A stretch of DNA of 59,413 nt, counting the filler, from Platydemus manokwari (taxonomy: Eukaryota): the NCBI GenBank assembly GCA_037951405.1. It is 5 parts of 5 records of this genome, joined end to end, with 100 filler letters (N's around TTAATTAATTAA, not from the genome) between each part and the next. Parts side by side here need not be neighbours in the genome. Positions count along the whole stretch, not along the records: positions 1 to 8,728 come from JBBMOY011359093.1; positions 8,829 to 26,367 come from JBBMOY010988860.1; 3 more parts are not named here. One strand, given 5' to 3'. How positions within the stretch are numbered: position 1 is the stretch's first letter; each line of letters opens with the position of its first letter. Under the pieces are notes generated by a model that saw only the letters and a program-made list of their open reading frames with translations, had not been told where the DNA came from and searched no databases. Positions 1-16,611 of the stretch are shown one piece after another. A program made the position numbers and the translations under genes.

Positions 1-303
1 TGAGAATTCTTAATGTATTCTTATTCTTCAAACAACGATTTCACAAATTAATTACTTTTGAATCAGTGAATTTGGGATACTAATAGATTATATGATTTTG
101 GAACATTTTTCAATTACATATATATAATTTTCAAGATTATTTTTACTAAATGTGTTTGACTGAAAAAATCAGTTTGGAGTATCTTACCATTGAGCTTTTT
201 TTGTAACTTCTTTTTGTTCATGTATGAGTTTATTTCGAATTAGCAATGCAAAGAATATACGAGTTTGCTGATTGAACCAATGTCAATTCCTAAAGACTAT
301 TCG

Positions 304-319
304 CCCTAACCCTAACCCT
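304..319. repeat. Short interstitial telomere-like repeat (CCCTAA) x2.7
   Basis: ccctaaccctaaccct read directly. Confidence 0.5.
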
Positions 320-906
320 TTCTATTAATCATTGTACAATTGAACCTAAAACATTACCATTTCTTTGCTTATCGATAGTTACAAACGAATGGTTATTTCA
401 TTCACATTTGCTATCATCTAGTACTTGGTTATTGTGTCCAGTTGCTTCCATACCATCTGCAATTCACAAATTTATTGTGATATTTCGTTATAGATTTTAT
501 TATTGTTCTGTTATCGTTGAATAAAATTTTTACAATCCATAATGATTTCAGAAACTGTTCATTTGTTTCACGAAAATAGAACCTTTTTAATTTCCATTTT
601 AATAGCAATTTTTAAAATTAATGAATAGAATAATTAAATAATAAAATGTGAAAATTCGATGAAACCCTCTCTAAGTTATTTGGTTTTGTAACCTTAATTT
701 TTAACTTTGACTTTTATATTGACACCAATTAATGGATTATAATCTAAAGCAAATATTTATTAAAAAGATTGGATATATATGTATTATAGTGAAAATAGTC
801 TTGCAAATTCAGATATTATATGCCAAAATATTTAATATTATTTTATAAGAAGTATTATATTTAATATAAATTGTCATTATTCGTTGAATATAATTTTTTT
901 ATTAAG

Positions 907-4012
<3,106 letters not shown>

Positions 4013-4159
4013 GTATTTTTAAAATAAAATTATATCAAATTCTCAAATAAATACAAACTATAATTTAATGATAATATTATTATAATAAACACATTATTCC
4101 ATGTATACATTCGGTAGTTGAGATCATCATACCAAATTTTCATGTACTCAAATCACTAA

Positions 4160-4247
4160 AACCATCGTTTGTTTGCTTCAAAATTTATTGTTTCAAAAGC
4201 CGCACGCGTTTTTTCGAATATCTAAGATTTATCTAATTTCAATTTCC
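4160..4247 (-). repeat. Terminal direct repeat (LTR-like) at the 3' end of gypsy copy 1
   Basis: catcgtttgtttg...aaatttatt.tttcaaaag...ttttcgaatat...tctaa is shared with 6995-7088 and, reverse-complemented, with ~21315-21410. Confidence 0.7.
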
Positions 4248-6994
4248 CGTTATTTTTGAGATCTTTTTAGTCACTTAATTCTTAAAGGTTTTGGTTGTCT
4301 CTGCAAATCAAGAAGCACTTAATGTGGGCCTAAAAATTTTAAAATTCTGTGAAGACCTTTATAACGATCTCCGTTCTTCTTCATTTTGTGTGATACTTTA
4401 TTCATTAAATCTTCTTCTTTGATCGCCAAAATTCTGCAACTTCTTTTTTAGCATTAAATTTCCTTAATTTTATGGCTAATGATTTTAGCTAGTTTTCGCT
4501 TTCTTTGATGATCTGATTGTGATGGTTTGGTTTATTTAATCGTAACCCATCCATATTAATTCGTTGTCCAAACAAAATTTCAAAACCAGAATGTCGAATT
4601 GAGCTTTGAATGTTGCATTGATGATAAATTCTATCCGAGGTATTAATTTATCCCAAGCTCATTTCTCTTATGCCAAAGTTGTTACCATCGTGTCTCGGAC
4701 CGTCCTAATAATCCTTTCGGCAAAGCCATTTGCCTGGTGTTTGTATATGGAGGTAAATTCTTGCTTTATTCCAAAACGTATCGCTATTTTTTTCATTTCC
4801 GTTTCCTCGAAGACTACCAAAATCAATAAGCATTGATTTTGGAGCACCATATCTTCAGATCCAATTATAGATTATGAAATTGGAAATACTTATCTCGTCT
4901 TGTCGAAATAGTGGCACTAAGCTTACTAACTTACTAATTCTGTTTACAATAGTCAACAGATACTCGGTTTTAGTCATACATTCCCCAAAGTGGCCTACAT
5001 CAACGACGATCTGTTCAAACGACCAAACTTTTCCCTTGGAATCACAATTTTTTAGTCTGTCCAGTGTATATCTTCGGTTTAGCACAAATATCACAATTCC
5101 GTATTTCGTGTTCGATACTTCGTGGGATATTTAGCCAGAATATAATCTTTTGAATGTAATCGACCAATTTCTTACTACCGATATGGCAAAACTCCTCAGT
5201 AAGGTATCTCGTTAGTTCATGCGAATGAATCTCTGGCACAACAATTCGTTTCTTTCCATTCTCATCATACACCACCATATCTTCAAACAATTCGTATTTC
5301 TCTAAATTTTAAAAATATTTACTTTTCTTAACCACTGAATTGACTCCTGTTTCCTTTTTCTGTTATCATTTTCGAATGGAACCAACGGCAGTATCTTCTT
5401 GTTGAATCTTCCTTAGTTCGTCATTATTTGCAATGGAGTGCTCGATAACGTTAATAAACCGACTTTTTGATATGCCTTCTTTAGCCGCTTGTGAACAAAA
5501 TGCTTCACCTATTCAATGAATTATCATTCTTATCAGCAATACACTTCAGGGCCATTTTCATTCTGTCTTGGTCCCTGTATTTCCCACGTCTTTGGCATGA
5601 ATTGATTCTATACCTGCAAGGAATATTTCACAAGTCTTCATCAAATCAGATCCTTTTGATTTATCTGGGTGAAATTTCTTTTACTACAATGATCTCCTTT
5701 TGTTGTTTCAAACTATTAGGATCCTTTTTTTTCTTATAAACGATTTGTGTGTATTGGAGAATACACCAGCCAATCGAAAATCAGAATTTTTAATTTGCGG
5801 CTCTCCAATGAGCCTCCATTTGCTCTCATTCATTACTGTTATCGATGGACAAGAACCCCATAACATTTCAATATGTTTATCGTTGCACTCAATTTTACTC
5901 CGCTGTCTACCATCTTCTTTCTGATACATCTGAGAGTGCTTTCTCTTCTTCTAGCCTTCTTTCTTCTTTACTTCTATTCTATTTCCATTTGATGTATGTC
6001 CTATTGAGTCAATTCCACATACTAGATAGGCACAGGAAGTTGATGCCAGTTTTTTTCTCCATCATGGAGTGAGCTAATACAATCAATTGCTTCAGTATTT
6101 GCTTCATCTTCCTCGTTATGGATGCACAGTATTTTTCTTGAACTATTATAACTAAGTTTTCTGACTAAATGACATTCTCTGAACAAATGGTCCTCTTTTC
6201 CGCATATTAAACATTTATTTCGCAGTGGACATTCAAACTTCCGGTGTCGAAGCTCATTACAGCAAAAGCAAGCTCCTGGTTTTAAATAATCACCACGTGA
6301 TATGGGTATTCCTCTACAATCGTTGTAAAATTTAGAAGCAATAGCCTTCATTGATCTTGTTGGTCTCGCATTGTTTGGAGATTCCATGTGATTAATTGCT
6401 GCACGATTGGGCTTGGCTTTTTGAAAGTTAAATCCTTCTGAAAAATTTTTCTAGTGTCACTTTGAAATAACGACTGAGCATATGTTGTCTTGACAGGGTT
6501 TATCGGTTTCGTCGGAGATAACTTCTCGAGAATAAAAGACTCTTACAATTTCTAGCTATTTATAAATAGTCTTGAAATTTCTTCAAGAGTATTTTTTGTC
6601 AAATATCTTCATCTCTAATTTCTTTACCCGAAGCTAATAGCCGCGGTACTATTCATCTGGTATTTGTCGCATTGCTACCAAATCCTGAACCTTGTCGTAT
6701 ACTGTTTTGGTATGCGAGAAAGTTTTCAAAGACAATTTCTTTATTTCTTCATTTGAAACAGCTTCTTTGAAACTGCTTAATTCTTTCCACAGTTGTTTGG
6801 CGTCATCTCTCAACAGTTTGTCAAATGTGGTGAAATCCTTGGTTGTCTGCAATCATTTTTCAGCATTTTGTATTGATATATCGAAGAACGACGGCTTCTG
6901 AATTCCTGATTTTTTTGGCAGATTCGCAAAGGCTTTCTGCCTCTGTTCTCGTTTGGCTCTCGTAATAGCATTTATTTCGGTGTTGTCGCGGTAG

Positions 6995-7088
6995 AAACAT
7001 CGTTTGTTTGTATCAAAATTTATTATTTCAAAAGTCACGCTCTTTTCGAATATTTAAACAAATCAAATATTTTTCTAACTCAATTTCT
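6995..7088 (-). repeat. Terminal direct repeat (LTR-like) at the 5' end of gypsy copy 1
   Basis: Matches 4160-4247 and overlaps the start of the gag reading frame. Confidence 0.7.
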
Positions 7089-8728
7089 TCAACTTTTATT
7101 TGGGATAATAACATAGAATTTCTTAAGAAACCAGGCAAAAAATGATTAAGATTTGAATGTTTTTCATTGTTGCTATATTTTCAAACAAATTCAATAAAAA
7201 ATATTATTCTGCATTTTTTGATAACTATATTCACTTTTCATGGAATAATCATTTTCTCAATACTTAAAACATCTTTTTTAATTAGATTTCGATGAACTCA
7301 CCTGAAAAATAATTATTACAATAATTCATGAGGTACTTTTGAGATGATATCTCCATGGAAAATTTTGTTGAACTTAAAATGATTGCTCAGCTAAATTTGT
7401 ATTATAAATAAATGAAAATTTTCATGTTATTTTGACAAAATTAGGTGCACCTTGTCAAAAAGGGGATGTTCATATATTTGAGGATTTAAATTGTCCATGA
7501 TAATTTCCATCAGGAAGATGAAGAAGTTCAAATTATTACATTCAGTATTACATTAATCCATACAATGTTGTCGAAGCTTGTTTTACTTTAAATGCCTCAT
7601 CTGAAAACTCTTCTTTATTATAGCGGAACTTCTGATTATTATGTTTCAAGAGAAACCTTATGTAAAGGACCATCTGAACTCTGAAGAAAAGAACCACTAA
7701 AGTAATGAATGAAAATCGGATTTCTTAAAAAGCGTCATAACGAGAACAACGATCAAAATTATCTTATATTTGGCCAAAATTATAATATAAGATCACCATA
7801 ATTCTAGTGAATAAGTTCAAAATCAATATAAAGAATGATATGTTTGTAAAATTATCTGTAATCATTTAAACTTGCAATAACTTCGATGGGTTAATTCTCC
7901 TTCTCTCTTAACCAAAGTTTTCTATATTCCTTGACATGTTTATATAATTCCACTGAACAAGAGTCTTATATTTTACAAAGTTTAAAACATTTCCTCTTGA
8001 AACTCGATAATATTTTATACACAATAAAAGAATATTTTTATTCTTATTTCCTTACATAATATGAAGTTGTTGAAAATGAAGTCTATTTATTTGATGTTGA
8101 AATGGCTTATTATAAAGATCTGTTTGAAGAGGCATGTAATACAAGTAAATATAATATCTGTAAATGAACATTATCCACAATACAATGTTGATGTCGGAAT
8201 TCCCTCTGTATACGTAGTGTGCAATTCGTTAGAAAAACAAATAAATTAATTTGATCTCATTGACAAAGGCAATGTTTCTTTTGTACTCTTTTGCATATAC
8301 GTCTGGAAGTTTGTTAAGTACAAGATTTGCCAGGTTTTCATTCATATTAGTTCGTATCAGTAAAACAAGTTCGAAGACAGATAAATGATATCCTTAACAT
8401 AAAGTAAGAACTTTGTAGTCTACTTGGAGATACTTGACAAGCATTCAATCTTCTAACGCATTAAATATCAAACATTTTAAAGTTGTTTTCGTTCAATTTG
8501 CAAAAGTCGACTGTTCGAGATGCATTCTCAACAGCTGAAATTAAATTCCCCCTGACCTTCTTAAATAACCTAACTAAATTTCACTTAGCGTTAAGTCTAG
8601 CCAATACAATGTTTCATATTTTCTTTCTTTCAAGTTTATATTGGATTTTAAATTATCTTATAAAGTAAAATTGATGCTTTACTTAATATTAAATTTGAAA
8701 ATCAATATAAATGAATCATATTACAAAT

Positions 8729-8828
8729 NNNNNNNNNNNNNNNNNNNNNNNNNNNNNNNNNNNNNNNNNNNNTTAATTAATTAANNNNNNNNNNNNNNNN
8801 NNNNNNNNNNNNNNNNNNNNNNNNNNNN
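8729..8828. other. Assembly gap spacer (N-run, TTAATTAATTAA, N-run)
   Basis: 100-nt artificial linker with stops in all six frames. Confidence 0.97.
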
Positions 8829-11719
8829 TTAATTCTCTTTAATCGTTAATTCATTTATAACCATTGGTAATTAATTATAATCTTACAGTTGATTTTATTC
8901 GAAGCATTAACGATAATAACTCTCTCCGCACTATTTAATATCTTCGTTCGTTGTACGGATTACCTGTTAATCGCTGAGGCGAGGTAGGGGGTATTATTCA
9001 AAAATTTTGCGTTCTTTTTTAAATATTAATTGTTCAAATTCATTTTTCTTAAATAAACGATTTTTAGAACCTATAATTGTGCTTTTGTTATTCAAGCACG
9101 TCATTCACAACTAGAGTTTGACTAAGCATTATCAGTTTATATATTGCGATAAATTATTTGTTATTCTATCAACTAATTACTGGAAGAGGTTTTCATAACC
9201 ACATATTATAATTTCAGGCCCAAAGTGACTCAGTATCCTCTGTGGTACAGTCTTAAATTAATATTAAACTTCTTTCCATCAGCTTAGTCTTCAATACCGG
9301 TTGTTGAAGCCCTTTCAGAACCAGTCAAACTTTTAAAATCACGCGCAACCCAAAAAGAAAACAAAACCAAAAAAATTGTTTAATAATTATAATTTTGTTT
9401 TTTATATCTTTGTGACTTCCTTGTAATCGATCTACTCCTTCTTTAGCTAAAATAACTCCAGTAATTCCAAATAAATTTTAGTAGAAAATTTAAATTGTCC
9501 ATGTGATTCATAATTTTGGCAAAGTTTTTACACACAATTGTTATTATTTTGTGAATGAAGAATTTTAATTAATGTTACAGGCTGATCAATAGTAAAAAAA
9601 ATTTAGAGAAAGCAATACTGAATTTTTCGAAACTGATCAACTAATTACTGAATTTTTGATGAATCTTGATGATTCGATTTAACAAATGATCCAAATTTTG
9701 TTTTTGGTTATTAGATTTTGATAATCTATTGAATCTATCAATTTTCAATAATCAGGCTTGGTCAATCCCTATGTATGCATTGTTATGTAGCTGTTTTATT
9801 CTAATTGGAATCTTCAAATTATGTCTTTTCTGATAGGCGAACTACTATTAATGTGTGGTTGTGTAGGCATCTGTATGTGTCAAACAACGATTCCAATGTG
9901 CCAAAATAGTTTATCTTTACTGAACAATGATAAAAAATAACTTATAAACATGACAGGAACAATTAGATGGGCAAAAATCATCGCGATATAGTTAACAATA
10001 AGGGTGAATTGAATAGTGAAATAAGGAAAACCTTTAATTAAATCATAAATAAGTTAATTAGAATTAAAATTGAGAAAAATAGGTTATAATATACAACTGA
10101 AATAAGAACTAAATGATGAGAAAATAATATAAAACATAAACCAAACCGATTTTAAAGTGGTTAAAATGAAAGAATTAGAATTATGATGCATTAAAATCGA
10201 TTGAGTGGCAGATGGGTGGTAGATTATAAAACCCATTGCAATAAACATTCAAAACACATTTAAAATTTTGACGAGAAAAATGCTATGACTTCTAAAAATA
10301 AATATCGAGAAGATTATAACAAGAAGCATCTATACAATAGCACAATATTAAAATTAAAGATAAGAAGTCCTTCACGCCGAGTTTGCCGATATTCTATCGA
10401 TAATCTAAAGGTTTTTTAGAAGTTCGAAAACAAAAAACATTTGTACAACGTTTGTACATTTCTCATTTCTTTAAGTGAAAATTGCTTAGTGTCATTAAAA
10501 ATAACGTCATTAATTTTAATATTTAAATCAAAGTTGTCTAATATATTATTTAAGGATAACAATACTCATTGAACATCAAGTTTATATTTAATAATTAAAA
10601 CCCTTTGTTTTTTTGGATTTTTTTTATATCCTTCGTGAAGCATTGTATCATTTATCAAAAATGTTTTATTGTTCTATTGTTCGAATATCTTTTCTTTATT
10701 CATAAATAAACATTAAATTAACCAAGAACTTGTTTTTGTCACTGCATATGCATAGCAACTATAATAGTACGAAATTTCAAAATTATTTTTGGCATTAGAA
10801 TTCACTACCTATAAACAGAGTTATGCTTGTTGTTGGTATTACTACCGTCAAATTAATCATATAACAATGACTAAAACATTAAGTTTAAATTAAGTCTTTA
10901 ATTCCCCGTTAGTTCATCTCCATAAAAATCATTAACCATTTCATATCCATTGATATAAAAATAATAAAAACCATCAAATACAACAAATTATTTTTCGAAT
11001 AATCTTGTTTTTAACTAAGCAATTTTCAAATCTTGATTCAGGTAAAATGTCCTGGTTATGTAAAGTAATTTTAAACCACCGTACTGTTCATCATTGTTAA
11101 TTCTTAAAAATTGGAAGTGATTGCTAACTAGAAGAAATGAAAATAATTTTATTCAATATTTAAACATTTGAAATATGGACTTTATGATTTCTTATTTATT
11201 CCGTTCTTTTAAAATTTCTTAAACAAATCAAATTCATTACAATGAAAATATACACATACATTAGATAATTAAACGTAGGATTATAAGTCGATGCCATCTT
11301 ATTAATTTTTTTAATCAATTTCCTTGAAGGCACTTCATTTAAGCTCCTAGTTTTTAAATCAAAATTATACAAATATTAATTAATTTTTAGACTTAATTGA
11401 TTAAATATCTTGTTTTACACTTTAATCTAATGCAATCTTTTTATTACATAATTTCAAATAATTTATAATTTAATTCATAAACGATTGAAATTAAAATAGG
11501 ATTTTGTTTAAGTGTATAAGTTAATTAAATTGCCACTTGTAGCAATTTTTTCTTTTCAAAATAATTAATTTAATTCTCTTTTATAATATAAATTTATTTA
11601 ATAGTACTGAAATATTTTATTAGGTCCAATTAAGTTAAATTCATTAAATATTTATTTTTAATTCGAATTTATTAAAGTCTATTTGTAATTTCGAGGTTTA
11701 ATATTATTTTTTTAAATTT

Positions 11720-14700
11720 ATGATTCCAAGAATGTATAAAAAAATAATTAGTATTACTATTATATTTATTATTGCTATTTTTTTCTGGTTTTTTTTATTT
11801 CAATCTCCTACTGTATTCTATAATAACTATACATTTAATTACCATCCAACTACAGAAGAAACATTAAAATATCAATATGGAGTAATAATCGATGCTGGTT
11901 ATCGATATTTTAATTAATTAATTTAATTAATTCTGATTTAGGAAGCAGTGGGAGTAGATTGTTTATATATACTTGGCCTCCACACAGTGGAAATTCGGAA
12001 GAACTTTTACAAATGAAACCTTTACTAAACAACGAAAATAAACCTATAGTGAAAAAAGTCAATCCGGGGCTGTCTTCATTAGCCGATAATCCAGATAAAG
12101 CAGCTTCATACATTAAACCTCTTCTAGATTTAGCTGCGAGAAGTATTCCGAAATCTCAACATAAAGAGACTCCATTTTATTTAATGGCAACGGCTGGCAT
12201 GCGAATGATTTCGGAAGAGTAATGTATAATTTATTGATAAAAGATGATAAAATTAATTTTTAAACATTATCAAAATTTATTTGATATATTTACGTTCTTA
12301 AATTTGATTCGTTAGATTTATTTATAGCATTGAAAAATGATCATTCCTCATTGGTTATTTCATGACATACTGTTCCATGTTTTTTGTTGAGCAGAATTGC
12401 GTAGATTATTAAATATCGTGAAGCATATAGGTGATCAATATTAAGTAGAGTTGATATTTGACTGTATTGTTGTTGAATCAAGGATGTATATTGACACGAT
12501 TTTCATATATCTACGAAGGAAAAAATATCCAGTATTATTTGCATTAGCGATTCCGTAGTTGCCATGGTTATTTAGGCATTGTGATTTTTCTTGGATTTAC
12601 ATTACTTTTTGATGCCATTACTATTCACATGATTATTGATAATTTATTTCGGTCATTATTATTTATTTGGTTTTGTGGTTATTCAAATTGGCATTATGAT
12701 AAATCAAGTTCATATTTATTGGTTGCCATTGCATTTCTGGTGTTAGGATTGGACTAAAAATTAGGATATATTAATTGATCCAACATAAAATTCAAGTGAA
12801 AAGCAATAATTTTAAGCAGATATTTCATAAAATAAATATCAGTTTATGAGCAATTTAAAAATATTTGATTTATTTATATCTATCATTACTAAATTGGTCA
12901 TAAAATAATCATTTTGTGATATTCATAATAATATTATTGATATTCTGAAATTAATTTATTGATTTTTATATTTGATATGATTTATATTATTACTGATATA
13001 ATACTGATAATGATAATTATTTAATAAAATATATTATATAATAATATTTTAAAAATATAATTAGTCACTGTGAATATGAGTTTAAAGATATCAGTTTGAA
13101 TTTTAATGCAAGAACAATGATGGATCAAAACGGTGATTGGCATGATATTTGTCCACAATATAATGTCTACGAGTCATTAATGCATAGTAGAGATATCTGT
13201 TATAGAAGTATATCACATATTCATAAATAATGATAAATGTATTATGAATAATGATAAATAATTATTAATTATGAAATATAATCAATTTAGCACAGTGCTT
13301 TCTAAAACTTATGTTGAAATTATTGAATTACATTTAGAAATTCTATAAATATCGAGTTATTACATGTGATATTCGAAATGATAATTATCTTGATCAATCA
13401 TCATTGGTGTATTAATGTCAATATATTAAAATTTGAATCAATTTGTTTTTGAATATTTTTCTATTATGTATCCATTAGATCAGTATTTTCATTCCACAAC
13501 ATTGTCCACGGTACAGCAATATAGCTTAATTAGATTAATTAACTTATAATTTTATAATAATCGTATCTAATGCTGAAATTTTTTCATTAATCAATCATAA
13601 AAAATCTATAATTTTTCTATTATATATATATATTTATGTTAAACTGTGTCTATACATTGCAATTCATTCATGTCTTCTTAACAACAACCGTCGTATAATA
13701 AATTATTTCACTTGCCTACATTTTAGTTAATGATTTTCTTGTTGGCTCATATGTACAATATTATTTCAATGAGTTTTTCTGTGTAAGAAGAGTATTTGGT
13801 AATATTGATTATTAGAATTTTCCAATAAACTGCCAATAATAATTATTGATTTTTATGGTGTTGTCAATTGATAAATGTTTCATTTCAGAGCTCAACTGGC
13901 CATCATGGAAAATATCCGCAAATATGTTAAGACTCGTTACGATTTCCTATTTTCTGAATCACATGTGAAAGTTATTACCGGTAAAGAAGAAGGTATATAT
14001 GGATGGATTACAACTAATTATCTACTGGGTCGCTTCAATCATAATCATTCCGATGGAGTTCCAATTATTCCAGTTTCTTACCGAGATTCATCGTTTAGAT
14101 CTAGTGAGTTATTGTGTTATGCCTTCTGATGGAAATAAATTTCTACTCTGAACCGTATATGTCAATCACAATATATTGATGATTTATCTAGTTGAGTTGA
14201 GATAAATTTTGTCTCTATTTTTCAATACTTAAATATTATATTGAGCATTTCCCATTTTATCAAGATTTCCATTCTAATCGAAAACCCATTCTGATTTTAT
14301 TTATTAACACATTGACGGTCAGTAGAAACAAATGAAATTCAAAATTGACGGTTATAGACTCAAGTGTTCGTCAACGTGTTAAAGATATTGTTTATCTTGT
14401 TTAATATCATCTCTGAAACATTTAAAATTTGGTTTAATAAATGTATTTAGTTCGCTGTATTGATTGAACATATCACGTGATTTCCAAAAATTCTCTGGAA
14501 ATAGTCGACTAAATATGACTCAAAAATCAATTGTTATTGTAATAGATGTTAAAGTTATGATATTTTATTGATATCATCATATTATTGTGCTTAGTATTAT
14601 AATAAAAGAATAATGTTTCAGTGCAAATATTTTCTCGATGATTTGTAATTTTATTGGTAAATTCGGTTAATATCAATATTAATAATTTTGCATATTTATT

Positions 14701-16611
14701 GATTCTGATATTAGATTGCATTATTAACATCAGCCGTACCTTTTGCAGAACAAGTTCATCATCGTAAACGAACTGTCGGCGTTATTGATATGGGTGGAGG
14801 AAGCATGCAAATTGCCTATGAATTGGATCCTAATTCTTCGGAAGATGCCAATTCAGCAATTACATTTAATCTAGGTTGTAGAGAGAAAGATATCGATCAT
14901 ACATACAAGGTTTTTGTGACGACCTTTCTTGGATTTGGTGCTAACGTAGCCAGAACTAGGTATAATTTTATGAATAACCATTATTAAAGTAAATATTAGT
15001 ATTCTCAAAGTGTGGATTATCTGTGTGATATTGTTGTTTTATTGTGTGCTTATTATCTTGTTCAAGTCTATCTTTATGATCAAATTTTTATTTATTGATT
15101 GAATCGAAATTTAACATATGATAATGAATTCAGATACGAAAGAATGATGGTCCATGACTACTTAGAACATCGTAATACCAGTTTCATAACAAATAGCACA
15201 AAGGGATCAGTTAAAGTGATTATACAAGTAATCCATTGGTAAATCTCGTTGTTGTCAATTTTGATTCGATAGGATCCATGTTTGCATAAAGGATTGGAAG
15301 TGACTGAGTTGGTTAAAGTTGTCAATGATTCTTTGGGTGGGCTGGGGTTGTCATCGAAACAACTTCATATAAAACCGTCCATTAAAGCCACATTTGTCGG
15401 AGTAGGGAAATATCATCAATGTGAAGCAAAGCTTCTTTCTCTTCTGAATAAAAAGCCTTGTCCAAACGAAGATAAACCAGGATTTGTGTGCACAATGTCA
15501 GGCAGACAACATCCTCAAGTGGATCTGATCAACAATGAATTCTACGGTTTCTCAGAATTTTGGTATTCGACAAATGACATTTTGGGACTCGGTGGTCATT
15601 ATAATTTCTTTTCATTACACTCTAGCATTGTGGTAAGCGGTTTGGAATCAATGTTTATTGTCAATATCTTATCATGTTAGGAACATTGTAGCAAAGATTG
15701 GGTCTCTCTTTCCATGGATTTCAAAAAGGGTCTCTTTAAAGGAGCAGATTTACCTAGGATGAAGTAATTTTTTATTTTAAATAACGCTTGAATATTTTTT
15801 CCCTCTTTGTTATTTGTGATTCTGGATAACAGTGTCTGACATATAGTTGGGTTGATTATTTACTCGAAAACAGGTGGACTTATTTTAATACTGGATTGGT
15901 TGATTTGTTTCCCTTTCATTATTTTATGTCATTTCATTCTTCTATTGTAATAAGCGGAACACACCAATCATTGGTTTTGAATAATAAATCAATAAATATC
16001 AGAATGCAAAAATGTATTTCATTATGCTATTGTTCAATTCCTTATAATTTGATTGGATGATATAAACTCGCACAATTTCTTTCATCGAAACCAGTAACCA
16101 ATGAATCACATGGAATCATTCTAACAGATACTCACTTAAAAACATGTTATCGTGTGAAAATAATTGTTTTTAAATGTTTGGATTTGTTTTTTAAAATTGG
16201 ACCTCTTTGCTTTTTAAATTGATTTTTAGAAATCAATGCTTCAAGACTGCATGGATCACCAGTGTCTTCCATCAAGGTTTGGGATTCCCAAATGCCTACA
16301 ACAAGTTCACTTCAGTCGACCAGATAAACGGAGCTGAGGTTCAGTGGAGTCTGGGGGCTCTGTTGTATCAAACACGGTATTTTCCATTGCGACAAATCGA
16401 ACAAAAGGAACAAAATCGTAAAAAATTGGAAAAAGATATTCGAAACAAACCAAAGAACATTTTTATTTATTTTTGCTTGCTATTGGCTGCTTCTGTCGTT
16501 TTGTTCACAATTTTCTGGATGCATAATCGGTCGAAAATGGATTTCTGTTGGCCTATTCGGTCTAGGAGGAAGGATCTCTACAAAACTAGTGTTAACCTCA
16601 GTCGTTATTAG
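11720..16611 (+). CDS. ENTPD4: Ectonucleoside triphosphate diphosphohydrolase, ENTPD4/7 (Golgi UDPase) type
   Basis: Exons: 11720-11897, 11942-12218, 13889-14103, 14734 (or 14749)-14959, 15134-15227, 15273-15632, 15681-15763, 16230-16611. Apyrase conserved regions are present: IDAGSSGSR, ATAGMR, GKEEGIYGW, DMGGGSMQ, QWSLGA. There are N- and C-terminal TM segments. VFVTTFLGFGAN and FYGFSEFWYST are typical of ENTPD4/7. Confidence 0.95.
12340..12600 (-). mobile_element. Possible ancient integrase relic in ENTPD intron 2
   Basis: Broken minus-strand frames give PWQL...FVD...KIVSIYILDSTTIQSNINST, which resembles a gypsy integrase core. Confidence 0.25.

Larger units (their letters stand above)
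4160..7088 (-). mobile_element. Ty3/gypsy retrotransposon copy 1 (gag-protease-integrase; RT/RNase H deleted)
   Basis: Gag has two CCHC knuckles (CFCCNELRHRKFEC, CLICGKEDHLFREC). The protease relic reads IEMLWGSC. Integrase has a zinc-binding region (FCHIG...CDIC) and core (VVDVGH, TIVNRISK, HQANGFAERIIRT). There are many stops and frameshifts, and a ~90 bp direct repeat at both ends. Confidence 0.9.

Noticed and set aside
8773-8784. TTAATTAATTAA palindrome recurring four times within N-runs
   Set aside because: Artificial six-frame-stop linker, not a biological repeat or CRISPR.
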